Below are positions 8,748 through 16,929 of a stretch of 32,000 bases of DNA, one piece after another; position 1 is the stretch's first letter, and each line of letters opens with the position of its first letter. The position numbers and the translations under genes were made by a program. The notes below the pieces were generated by a model, which saw nothing but the letters and a program-made list of their open reading frames with translations, searched no databases and had not been told where the DNA came from. The DNA is taken from contig NC_002937.3 of the NCBI RefSeq assembly GCF_000195755.1, positions 1,830,001 to 1,862,000 of the forward strand, written 5' to 3'. This DNA is from Nitratidesulfovibrio vulgaris str. Hildenborough. GTDB lineage: Bacteria; Desulfobacterota; Desulfovibrionia; Desulfovibrionales; Desulfovibrionaceae.

Positions 8748-9629
8748 ATGCTTTTCCGATTCGGCAAAAAGGACGACCTGCCCGAAGCGCAGGACACCGT
8801 AAACGACCTGCTTGGACAGGCCATCGATACCCGTGCGAAGTTCATCGTCGTAGTCCCGGAAAGAGACACCAAGCCTCATTCGGTGACGTGTTCAGTCGAA
8901 CATGTCTCACGGGAGAGCATCCTTCTCGACGTCTCGCGCGCCACGGCCCTCAGCACCGGCTGGAAAGGCCGCAAGGTGCAGTGTTTCTTCAGCATCGTCA
9001 GGCTTCAGCCGAATCGTTCCGAAACGTTCTACAACTTCTCCGCGACGTTGCTCGACCTGCGCCGTACGAGCAAGGGTGTGCTCATCGAGCTTTCCATGCC
9101 CCGCAGCATCGAACCGGGACAGCGACGCAAGAGCCTGAGGATACGCCCGCTGCCATCACTCGTACTGTCCCTTTCCATGTGGCAGAATCCCGAACTTGCG
9201 GGCATGATGCAGGAACCGGCAACGGTGCAGGTGCTTCCATCCATCCCCTACCCCAACCTGCTCAAAGTCGGGGGCATCCGCGTTGCCGACATCTCCGCCG
9301 GGGGAATGCGTCTTGCCGTTCTGGGAAGTGCCTTGCAGGCACAGACATGGCTGGGCGAAGAGGGGCGACGCCTCATGCACTGTGTTCTCGGTTCTGTGGC
9401 CGACCAGCCTGTCCACGAATACTGGTTCAGCGTGACCCGTGCCAACGTCACCCCGGCCCCCTCACTCTCGGATGAAGCCTTCATCGGATTCGAGTTCACT
9501 CATGAAGGCAAACCCAACAAGGCCAAAGGACTCGACTGGCTTCCGGTGAAGGATGGCCATGTCCATCGGCTGAGCCGTTGGACGAACGCCGTATACATGC
9601 AATACATCCGCAAGGTTGCCACAGACTGA
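8748..9629 (+). CDS. YcgR-like PilZ-domain protein (putative c-di-GMP receptor)
   Basis: GGAGAGAGA RBS. QRRKSLR (RxxxR) at residues 125-131 and DISAGG (DxSxxG) at 181-186. The N-terminal ~120 aa is plausibly PilZN-like. 293 aa. Confidence 0.6.
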   Translation: MLFRFGKKDDLPEAQDTVNDLLGQAIDTRAKFIVVVPERDTKPHSVTCSVEHVSRESILLDVSRATALSTGWKGRKVQCFFSIVRLQPNRSETFYNFSATLLDLRRTSKGVLIELSMPRSIEPGQRRKSLRIRPLPSLVLSLSMWQNPELAGMMQEPATVQVLPSIPYPNLLKVGGIRVADISAGGMRLAVLGSALQAQTWLGEEGRRLMHCVLGSVADQPVHEYWFSVTRANVTPAPSLSDEAFIGFEFTHEGKPNKAKGLDWLPVKDGHVHRLSRWTNAVYMQYIRKVATD

Positions 9630-9736
9630 ACACACCTGCGCGGGGAGTGGCATTGCCCGACAGGCAATCACCTCCGCAGGGCGGGCGGTTTCTGTTTATG
9701 CCGCTTCGCTCCCTCAGTTGGCTTGGGCCATACATG

Positions 9737-9770
9737 AAAAGGGGCGCCCGCAGGACGCCCCTTCATTTTC
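9737..9770. terminator. Bidirectional hairpin terminator between the convergent PilZ gene and ribB
   Basis: AAAAGGGGCG-cccgcagga-CGCCCCTTCATTTTC. The GC stem is flanked by an A-run upstream and a T-rich run downstream. Confidence 0.6.
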
Positions 9771-9891
9771 CCTTCATTCTGGAGATGGAACGGCGCCGAT
9801 GCGGGCGTTCCATACGGAGGCTGCGACAGGAACACGGTATGCAGCGTCCTGCCGCTAGAGTCGCGCACCCTTCCCGACGGGGCACACGGCA

Positions 9892-10536
9892 TCAGAGCCC
9901 TTTGTCTTGCCTGTACGCGACAAGGTCTTCGACCGTAAGCACAGTCATCCTGTTCCGTTGGGCGAAGTCCACCAGTTGAGGCAAGCGGGCCATCGTGCCG
10001 TCGGGGTTCGTCAATTCGCAGAGAACACCATAAGGCTTGAGCCCTGCCAGACGCATGAGGTCGACTGTGGCTTCGGTATGACCGCGTCGTTCCAGCACCC
10101 CGCCGGGGCTTGCCCGCAACGGGAACACATGCCCCGGAGAACGCAGGCAGCCGGGACAGGCTGCGTCGTCGATGGCGGCCTTGACCGTACGAACACGGTC
10201 TGCGGCCGAAACACCTGTGGTGACGCCCTCTGCGGCTTCGATGCTGATGGTGAACGCCGTTCCCATGCTGCTGGTATTGTGAGCGACCATCATGGGCAGG
10301 CCAAGTCTGCTGACGCGCTCTTCGGGAAGGCACAGGCACACGATTCCGCTACATTCGCGTATCATCATGGCCATCTGTGCGGGAGTGAGGGTCTCAGCCG
10401 CGAAGATGAGGTCGCCCTCGTTCTCGCGGTCTGCGTCGTCGGCCACGAGAACGCCCTGACCCGTGCGAAGGGCGGCAAGCCCGCGCTCCACACGCTCGTG
10501 CGTCGTACCGAACTGTTCAAGGAGATGCTGATTCAT
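9892..10536 (-). CDS. ribB: 3,4-dihydroxy-2-butanone-4-phosphate synthase (standalone RibB)
   Basis: Start [10 protein letters not shown] at 10536 with a GGAGGG RBS. Motifs [16 protein letters not shown] and GHTEATVDL. 214 aa with no GTP cyclohydrolase II domain. Confidence 0.92.
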   Translation of the reverse strand: MNQHLLEQFGTTHERVERGLAALRTGQGVLVADDADRENEGDLIFAAETLTPAQMAMMIRECSGIVCLCLPEERVSRLGLPMMVAHNTSSMGTAFTISIEAAEGVTTGVSAADRVRTVKAAIDDAACPGCLRSPGHVFPLRASPGGVLERRGHTEATVDLMRLAGLKPYGVLCELTNPDGTMARLPQLVDFAQRNRMTVLTVEDLVAYRQDKGL

Positions 10537-10629
10537 GGAATCCCTCCAGTGAGGCATGAACCAGGGCGTAGGGACAGAGGCTCCGTCTATGCGCAAAGCA
10601 TGAGCCTTTCGCACGGCACGGATGCCACC

Positions 10630-10780
10630 GCCGCATTCTCTTTCATCCGGACTGTCACCGTCGGCTCTGGTCTCTCACCAGATCTGCTGACCCTCTCCCC
10701 GTGGAGAGGCGCTCGTGGGCTTACCGGCATACGCCGGATACCACCGGTGGGGAATTGCACCCCGCCCTGAGAATTGGCGG
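10630..10780 (-). promoter_or_regulatory. FMN riboswitch (RFN element) in the ribB leader
   Basis: The minus strand reads TTCTCAGGGCGGGGTGCAATTCCCCACCGGTGGTA...AGCCCACGAGCGCC...GGTCAGCAGATCTGGTGAGAGACCAGAGCCGACGGTGACAGTCCGGATGAAAGAGAA. P1 closes by TTCTC/GAGAA. These are the conserved RFN core strings. Confidence 0.85.
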
Positions 10781-10784
10781 ACTG

Positions 10785-10814
10785 AACCTACAGCCTGTTC
10801 CGCAATCGTGTCAA
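10785..10814 (-). promoter_or_regulatory. Candidate sigma-70 promoter for the riboswitch-ribB transcript
   Basis: Minus strand TTGACA (10814-10809), an 18-nt spacer, then TAGGTT (10790-10785). It ends about 10 nt before riboswitch P1 and is preceded by the only AT-rich patch in the window. Confidence 0.45.
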
Positions 10815-10957
10815 GCATAGACTTATAGATAAAATATACATCGAGCTATTTTTCGACAACCAGCGCGCGTCATCCACCAAGCCAGCTATCTGAATACACA
10901 AATATTGTACGTATCATGGCTTGACTGCACGATTTTGGGAATAGCAACGAACAGACG

Positions 10958-10982
10958 AAAAAAAGGCCGGACTAATCCGGCC
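10958..10982 (-). terminator. Rho-independent terminator of the carbonic anhydrase gene
   Basis: GGCCGGA-ttag-TCCGGCC followed by TTTTTTT on the minus strand, 28 nt after the stop. Confidence 0.75.
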
Positions 10983-11009
10983 CTGAAGTCCATGCAAGGC
11001 ATGAAAGGC

Positions 11010-11654
11010 TCATGCGCAAGCGGTGACAAGTTCGACGAAACTGTCCTCGTCACCGTCATACCTGAGCAATTTGCCTTTCTCCATGTCGAAGAACCAGCCA
11101 TGCAGCGCAAGAGTCCCCTCCTCCACCCTCTTCGCTATCCACGGGAAGGTAAGCAGGTTCTCAAGCGAGACGAGCAACGCCGCCTGTTCGCAGGCGCGTT
11201 CCTGTACTTCCGGCGTTGCATGCGGCAACGATTCGAGTACTTGCATACGCGCCCTTCGGGCTATCCCCATCCATGGCCCTATGAACTCGCCCTGCCCTTC
11301 AGCCTGTTGCATGAGCGAATGGATGCCCCCGCAACACGCATGCCCGAGCACGATGATGTGTTCGACGTCAAGGCACGTCACCGCATATTCTATGGCGGCG
11401 CTGACCCCGTGGAAATTGGCGTCAGGGCCATAGGGAGGAACGAGGTTGGCGACGTTGCGGATGACGAACAGGTCGCCCGGATTGCAGTCGGTCAGGTGAG
11501 CAGGGTCGACACGCGAGTCGCTGCACGCGATGACGAGAGCCCGTGGTGCCTGCCCTTCACGCAAGGATTCGAACAGATTGTGGTCGTGGCAAAAATAGTT
11601 ACGCTGAAACCGGCGAAAACCGGCGATGAACCTGTCGAGATCCCTCTGTGGCAT
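11010..11654 (-). CDS. cynT: Beta-class carbonic anhydrase
   Basis: Start MPQRDLDRF at 11654 with an AGAGGA RBS. Zinc-ligand motifs CSDSR and HACCGG. 214 aa. It starts 22 nt after the CDF stop. Confidence 0.9.
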   Translation of the reverse strand: MPQRDLDRFIAGFRRFQRNYFCHDHNLFESLREGQAPRALVIACSDSRVDPAHLTDCNPGDLFVIRNVANLVPPYGPDANFHGVSAAIEYAVTCLDVEHIIVLGHACCGGIHSLMQQAEGQGEFIGPWMGIARRARMQVLESLPHATPEVQERACEQAALLVSLENLLTFPWIAKRVEEGTLALHGWFFDMEKGKLLRYDGDEDSFVELVTACA

Positions 11655-11676
11655 CGAATGTCCTCTGTCCTGATCG

Positions 11677-13122
11677 TTAAGCCTGATGGTTTCGCGGCGT
11701 CGGCTCCATATGAATGGCCACCCGAGAGATATCACCCAACCTTGCACGCAGGGACTTCTCAAGTCGCGTAGCGGCCTCATGGGCGACCGACACCGGGGTT
11801 TCGGGAGACATGCGGCAATGAAAGCTCAACGAAAGCTCATCACCTAGCCGGTGAAGCCGCATGTTGTGACAATCGTCGACGTCAGGCTCTGCGTCAAGCA
11901 GGGAGTGCACCACCCCTTCCACAGCAGTGAGCGCCTCATTACTTGCCTCCGGCAGGGCATCCTCGCGAACAGCGACCGGTTCGATATGCGTCACCACCGT
12001 GGCTTTGCCCAGCGTTCTCGCAAGGTCGGCTTCGAACGCACTCACCCGCTCATGCGCGACTTCAAGCCGTTCCTCTCCGGCGACCTCTGCATGCAGGTCG
12101 ACATGCTGTTCTCCGTCGACCAGCATGAACGAAACGGCATGCACGGCAAGCCCGTGTGAAGCGGCAACACCACGGATACGTTCGAGCATCCCCACCTCGT
12201 CGGGACTGGCGGGTTCCATGTGTACGATAACGTCGGCTTGGGGAAGCACCGCCTGGAGACGGCGTTCGGCCTGTTCGGAAAGAGTATGAGACGCTTCAAA
12301 GCTCATCCCTTGCGGCACGCAAAGCAACAGGTCGACAAATGTGCGAGGCCCACTCTGGCGTACCCGAAGTCGCTCGATGCGGACGATACCCGGCAAATCC
12401 TTCAGGGCATCCGCAGCACGCTCGACCTGTTCCTGCGCCCCGCCGTCGAGCAGCACGTCGACAGCGCGTCGACCAAGTTGCAGGCTCACGAAAACGACGA
12501 TGCACGACACGACGAGTGCCGCGAAGGCATCAGCCCGTTGCAGCACGGCGAACATGAACGAGTCCTGCGGAAAGAACATGGCGGCGCGCAACGCCAGAAG
12601 CCCCGCGATGACCACCGCCGAAGACCATACGTCCGTCGAGAAATGCAGGGCGTCGGCTTCCAGTGCCTGACTGTTGTGCTTGCGGGCGACCCGGCGCAGC
12701 ATGCGTGCACGGGAAATGTCGACGACGATTGAGACGCCCATGACGGCAAGCCCCCATACCGAAGGTTCCACATGAACGGCTTCGAAGAAGAGTCTGTCGA
12801 CGGCTTCACGCACAATCCAGCCGCAGGTGAGCAACAGCAGTAACGTCTCCACAAGCGCGGAGAGGTTCTCCACCTTGCCGTGCCCGTAGGGATGGTCGGC
12901 ATCGGCGGGGCGCGACGCCGCACGAACAGCCCAGTAGGTCACGACCGCGGCAACAAGGTCGAGACCGCTATGGGCCGCTTCGGAGAGGATGCCCAGACTG
13001 TTGGTGGCGAACCCCACTCCCAGTTTGAGTCCCGTAAGCAGCAAAGCCGCCCCGACGGATGAAAGCGCAGCGATGCGCTTCTCCCTGTCGGCCTCGGCGA
13101 TATAGGTATAATCGTCTGACAT
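11677..13122 (-). CDS. Cation diffusion facilitator (CDF) divalent-metal transporter with three tandem cytoplasmic ZT_dimer-like domains
   Basis: Start MSDDYTY at 13122 with a GGAGTGAG RBS. TM2 HSGLD and TM5 HFSTD form an HD-HD metal site. Three C-terminal modules each end in VHMEP, THIEP or IHMEP. 481 aa. Confidence 0.88.
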   Translation of the reverse strand: MSDDYTYIAEADREKRIAALSSVGAALLLTGLKLGVGFATNSLGILSEAAHSGLDLVAAVVTYWAVRAASRPADADHPYGHGKVENLSALVETLLLLLTCGWIVREAVDRLFFEAVHVEPSVWGLAVMGVSIVVDISRARMLRRVARKHNSQALEADALHFSTDVWSSAVVIAGLLALRAAMFFPQDSFMFAVLQRADAFAALVVSCIVVFVSLQLGRRAVDVLLDGGAQEQVERAADALKDLPGIVRIERLRVRQSGPRTFVDLLLCVPQGMSFEASHTLSEQAERRLQAVLPQADVIVHMEPASPDEVGMLERIRGVAASHGLAVHAVSFMLVDGEQHVDLHAEVAGEERLEVAHERVSAFEADLARTLGKATVVTHIEPVAVREDALPEASNEALTAVEGVVHSLLDAEPDVDDCHNMRLHRLGDELSLSFHCRMSPETPVSVAHEAATRLEKSLRARLGDISRVAIHMEPTPRNHQA

Positions 13123-13437
13123 GCTCACTCCGGTAGAATCTGGCATCCGGCGGCGGCGCGCACGAGGCAAGCCGCTCACCCCCATGTCGCGGCTACGAGG
13201 CCAATGCCTGCGGGCAGTTCACCTGCTGATGGCATCGACATCGCGTCACGCAATCCTGTAGCACCGGATTCTCTACCACCGGAGAATTTCCATGCAACCT
13301 GTGATAATGCATTGCATATTCCATGCACATCGACGACAGGCGCGGCAACACGATACACCGATCGCACCGGAACCTTGCGCATTCGCCATCACACTCGGCT
13401 GAACGGTCGCGTGAGGGCGGATACAGGCACGGCAGGA

Positions 13438-13743
13438 CTACCCGTCGGTGGCCAGCACAATCTGTCGCAGCACCATGCCCCGCGCCTCGTCGGGGAGTTC
13501 GTCATACGTCACCGGTTGAAACCTGCGGACCTCGATACCTTGAGGTATGCTGACCATGCCGAGGAATTCATCGCGCGGCCGCGTGAAAAGCTCGTAGCCA
13601 GACACATAAAGCGTACGGTAGACGATGACCGGTCCGTCATCCCGCGTATCGAGGGCCTCTCCCACAACCTGATAGAAGCGCCCTTTGTAGTGCCTGTAGA
13701 ACGGGTTCATACACTCCCCATCTTCTGCAACAGTTGTGGTCAT
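13438..13743 (-). CDS. DUF1653-family small protein
   Basis: FYRHYKGRFYQVVG...VIVYRTLY...LFTRP matches the DUF1653 signature as I recall it. An alternative start at 13710 (MNPFY) follows GGGGAG. Confidence 0.7.
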   Translation of the reverse strand: MTTTVAEDGECMNPFYRHYKGRFYQVVGEALDTRDDGPVIVYRTLYVSGYELFTRPRDEFLGMVSIPQGIEVRRFQPVTYDELPDEARGMVLRQIVLATDG

Positions 13744-13886
13744 CCTGCCCGCTGCTACAGGCAGACCGACAGCCTCATCGCGTCAGCATGGCTTTACGGC
13801 ACAGGCTCTCACGGTACCCCATGAGATGAAAAGGCATCATCGAACATTCCTGCACCGCAGCTGTGCCATCTTCACCTCGTACCGTC

Positions 13887-13917
13887 AAAAAAAGGCCGGG
13901 ACCATTCGGTCCCGGCC
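13887..13917 (-). terminator. Rho-independent terminator of lutABC
   Basis: Perfect 10-bp stem GGCCGGGACC/GGTCCCGGCC with a 4-nt loop, followed by T7 on the minus strand, 10 nt after the lutC stop. Confidence 0.8.
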
Positions 13918-13927
13918 CGGTCTGCCA

Positions 13928-14593
13928 TCACTCCAGCACAAGAACGATGAGTTCACGTGGCCCGTGTACGCCGAAGGCCAGTGTCATCTCGATATCTGCC
14001 GTCTTCGACGGGCCGGAGATGAGCAGGGCGTTGGTGGGCATGTTCTTTGCCCAGCCCATGTCACGCAAGGCCGAGGCGAATGTGGCGTGTATGGAGTCCG
14101 CCTTCAGCAAGGCGATATGGATGGACGGCACCAGCGACAGCAACCTCGGTTCGACGGCGTCGGGCCACAGTATGAGCGTACCGTTTTCGGCAATGCCACC
14201 CAACGTGCCGGTGATACCCGCATCCGTATCGAAGAGGGTATCGCGGAACGCCTCGACATCCCCCTCGTACGGGACAAGGGAAGGTGCCGCCTTCCCTTTG
14301 AACTTCTTGCGCAAGGCCGCCCCGAACCATGCCTCCGGCCCATAGGCGAGCGTCTTCACATCACGTTCCGAGAGCTTTCCTGCAAGACGGTTGGGCCATT
14401 CGGCCTCAGGCATGACATGCACCTCTGCCCGAACGGTCTCCATGCGTTTTTTGAGCAACGGTATCCGTTCCTCGACTGGAATGTCAGCAGCCTGCCATAC
14501 ATCGCCGCACCCGGGCAGCGGCATCGCGGCACGGGCGCAGGCCGCATGAAGCCGCCCAAGAATCCGCTCGCGCGAGGTTGTCGTGCTACTCAT
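13928..14593 (-). CDS. lutC: Lactate utilization protein C (LUD/YkgG family)
   Basis: Start MSSTTTSRERIL at 14593, overlapping the lutB stop by 8 nt (ATGAGTAG). The size and its position after lutA and lutB fit the LutC/YkgG family. Confidence 0.8.
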   Translation of the reverse strand: MSSTTTSRERILGRLHAACARAAMPLPGCGDVWQAADIPVEERIPLLKKRMETVRAEVHVMPEAEWPNRLAGKLSERDVKTLAYGPEAWFGAALRKKFKGKAAPSLVPYEGDVEAFRDTLFDTDAGITGTLGGIAENGTLILWPDAVEPRLLSLVPSIHIALLKADSIHATFASALRDMGWAKNMPTNALLISGPSKTADIEMTLAFGVHGPRELIVLVLE

Positions 14594-16013
14594 GACGGAT
14601 GCCCTCCTGTCGGGTAAGCTCATGAAGACTCGTGGAAGCGAACCGGGGGGCGGTGCGGACACTCGTCCACGCCTTGAGCGGTCCCACCTTGGGCAGCCGA
14701 TGCCCGAACCGTCCCAGCACCTTCAAGACGAAGGAATACAGGGCAGGATGGCTGTAGACCATCTCCCACCCTTTCCATACGGCCTTCTCGAACAGGGTGC
14801 GCTTGCTTCCTGCGCCTTTCACGACGCCCTCGCCGGGGGGCGCATAACTCTCGCGGCGCAAGCGGCGCAACAGGGCGGGAATGGGAATCCGTACCGGACA
14901 GACCTCTTCACACGCGTTGCACAGACTGGATGCCGTGGCGAGCACACCCTTTCGGGCAAGCCCGTCTATCTGCGGGGTGAGAATCTTGCCGATGGGCCCC
15001 GGATACACCGAGTCATAGGCATGCCCGCCGATGCGGACATACACCGGGCAATGGTTCAGGCAGGTGCCACAACGGATGCATTGCAGCGTTCTGGACAGCT
15101 GCGGGTCGGCCAGCATCCGCGAGCGACCGTTGTCGAGGATGACAAGGTGCACCTCTCGGGGGCCGTCCTTCTCGCCGGGCTTGCGCGGAGAGGTGATGCA
15201 GTTCACATAGGTCGTCACCAGCTGACCTGTGGCGGAACCTGTGAGCAACCGGAGAAGGGGCGGCACATCCTCCAGCCTCTCGACCACCTTCTCCAGTCCC
15301 ATGAGGGCGATATGAACGGGCGGCACCGTTGTGCACATGCGCCCGTTGCCCTCGTTCTCCACCAGCAGCAGCGTCCCTGTCTCGGCGATGGCGAAGTTCA
15401 CCCCGGAAAGGCCCACCTGCGCGGTACGGAACTTCTCACGTAGCGTCCTGCGGGCGATGGCGTTGAGCTTCTCCACCTCGTCCACATACGGTTCCCCGAG
15501 CTTTTCATGGAAGATGCGCGCCACCTGTTGCCTGTTCTTGTGCACGGCGGGCACGATGATGTGAGACGGGGGCTCGTGGTTCAGCTGGATGATGAACTCG
15601 CCAAGGTCGGTCTCCAGCGCCTCTATGCCGTGGCGTTCGAGATAGGCATTGAGATGCATCTCTTCGGACACCATGGATTTGCCTTTGACCAGCGTTGTGG
15701 CGTCATGGCTGCGCATGATGTCGAGGACTATACGGTTTGCCTCGTCGGTGGTTTCCGCCCAGTGGACGATGATGCCGTTCGCCGTGCACCGGTGTTCAAG
15801 CTGTTCAAGAAGGGCTGGCAGCTGCGCGAGAGCACGGCGCTTGTTCGCCTCACCCTGCACTCGCATCCTGTCCAGTTCTTCGGCGTCGGAAAAAACGTTG
15901 AGACGCTTGGCCCGGAGACCGTCGAGCGCCGAACGGAAATTGGCCCGCAGTTGCCTGTCGGCCAGAGCGCCCGTGACATTGCCCTTGAAGTCGATGGATG
16001 TGCTGCTAGCCAT
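14586..16013 (-). CDS. lutB: Lactate utilization protein B (4Fe-4S, LUD domain; YkgF/LldF)
   Basis: Start MASSTSIDFKG at 16013, overlapping the lutA stop by 8 nt (ATGGCTAG). Motifs CIRCGTCLNHCP and CNACEEVCP. 475 aa. Confidence 0.88.
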   Translation of the reverse strand: MASSTSIDFKGNVTGALADRQLRANFRSALDGLRAKRLNVFSDAEELDRMRVQGEANKRRALAQLPALLEQLEHRCTANGIIVHWAETTDEANRIVLDIMRSHDATTLVKGKSMVSEEMHLNAYLERHGIEALETDLGEFIIQLNHEPPSHIIVPAVHKNRQQVARIFHEKLGEPYVDEVEKLNAIARRTLREKFRTAQVGLSGVNFAIAETGTLLLVENEGNGRMCTTVPPVHIALMGLEKVVERLEDVPPLLRLLTGSATGQLVTTYVNCITSPRKPGEKDGPREVHLVILDNGRSRMLADPQLSRTLQCIRCGTCLNHCPVYVRIGGHAYDSVYPGPIGKILTPQIDGLARKGVLATASSLCNACEEVCPVRIPIPALLRRLRRESYAPPGEGVVKGAGSKRTLFEKAVWKGWEMVYSHPALYSFVLKVLGRFGHRLPKVGPLKAWTSVRTAPRFASTSLHELTRQEGIRHE

Positions 16014-16758
16014 TGATGCGCTCCCACAAGAACGACGCGAGATGCTGCCCCTGTACAGGCACACTCTGCTTCTCCATCGCGCCATTGATGTTCATGAGGC
16101 AGCCACAGTCGCCCGAAAGCACTCTGGCAGCCCCGGTAGAACGGATGTTGGCAACCTTGTCCGACACCATCGCACCGGAAAGTTCCGGCTGCTTGATGGA
16201 GAACGTGCCGCCAAAGCCGCAACATTCATACTCGTACGGCAGGTCGACCAGTTCCACGTTGGCGAGTTGCCCGATGAGCGTCTTCGCCGCGGCCACGGCA
16301 CCCATTTCGCGCATGGCATGGCACGACGAATGCCATGTGACCTTGATGGGGGCACCCTTGTCCTCATAGGTCTGGTGCAGGGCATTGCAGAGAAAGTCGC
16401 CGAGTTCGAAGACCCGTTCACTGAAGCGCCGTACTTCGAAATAGTCGGGCGCCTCGGCGAAAAGCTCGGGGTAATGGAAGCGCATCATGCCCGCGCATGA
16501 GCCAGAGGGAACGACAATGGGCCAATCGTGTGCCGAAAAGGCCTCGACCTGCCGCAAGGCAACGGTTCGAGCCTCGTCGAAGAACCCCGAATTATAGGCA
16601 GGTTGCCCACAACAACTCTGGGCGGCAGGAAACACGACCTCCACCCCGGCACGTTGTAGCAGGCGTATCCCTGCCATGCCCGCGTCGGGGAACGACATGT
16701 CCACGAGGCAGGTACCGAAGAAATAGACTGTCTTGATGTCTTCAGGGTAGGTATACAT
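16006..16758 (-). CDS. lutA: Lactate utilization protein A (CCG-domain Fe-S oxidoreductase; YkgE/LldE)
   Basis: GAGGAG RBS. YFFGTCLVD, SCCGQP and ECCGFGG are duplicated CCG cysteine-rich motifs. 250 aa. Confidence 0.88.
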   Translation of the reverse strand: MYTYPEDIKTVYFFGTCLVDMSFPDAGMAGIRLLQRAGVEVVFPAAQSCCGQPAYNSGFFDEARTVALRQVEAFSAHDWPIVVPSGSCAGMMRFHYPELFAEAPDYFEVRRFSERVFELGDFLCNALHQTYEDKGAPIKVTWHSSCHAMREMGAVAAAKTLIGQLANVELVDLPYEYECCGFGGTFSIKQPELSGAMVSDKVANIRSTGAARVLSGDCGCLMNINGAMEKQSVPVQGQHLASFLWERING

Positions 16759-16929
16759 GGCTCCTCACTGCGTGCATGGTTCCTCTGTCCACCGTCGGCA
16801 ACGGATATTCGCCTCATCATACCACGCACACACGGGGGTGTCATCTCGCACGCGCAGCACATGTTGCACGCACAGGCAACTGGCGGTACTACACCGCAGC
16901 CCCTTCAATCGCTAATCAAGGAGTACTCC

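Noticed and set aside
10815-10957. AT-rich ~140-bp patch as a possible horizontally acquired remnant or mobile-element scar.
   Set aside because: No inverted or direct repeats, no integrase or transposase fragments, and no tRNA. It sits exactly between a terminator and the ribB promoter, so it is explained as a promoter-upstream (UP-like) region.
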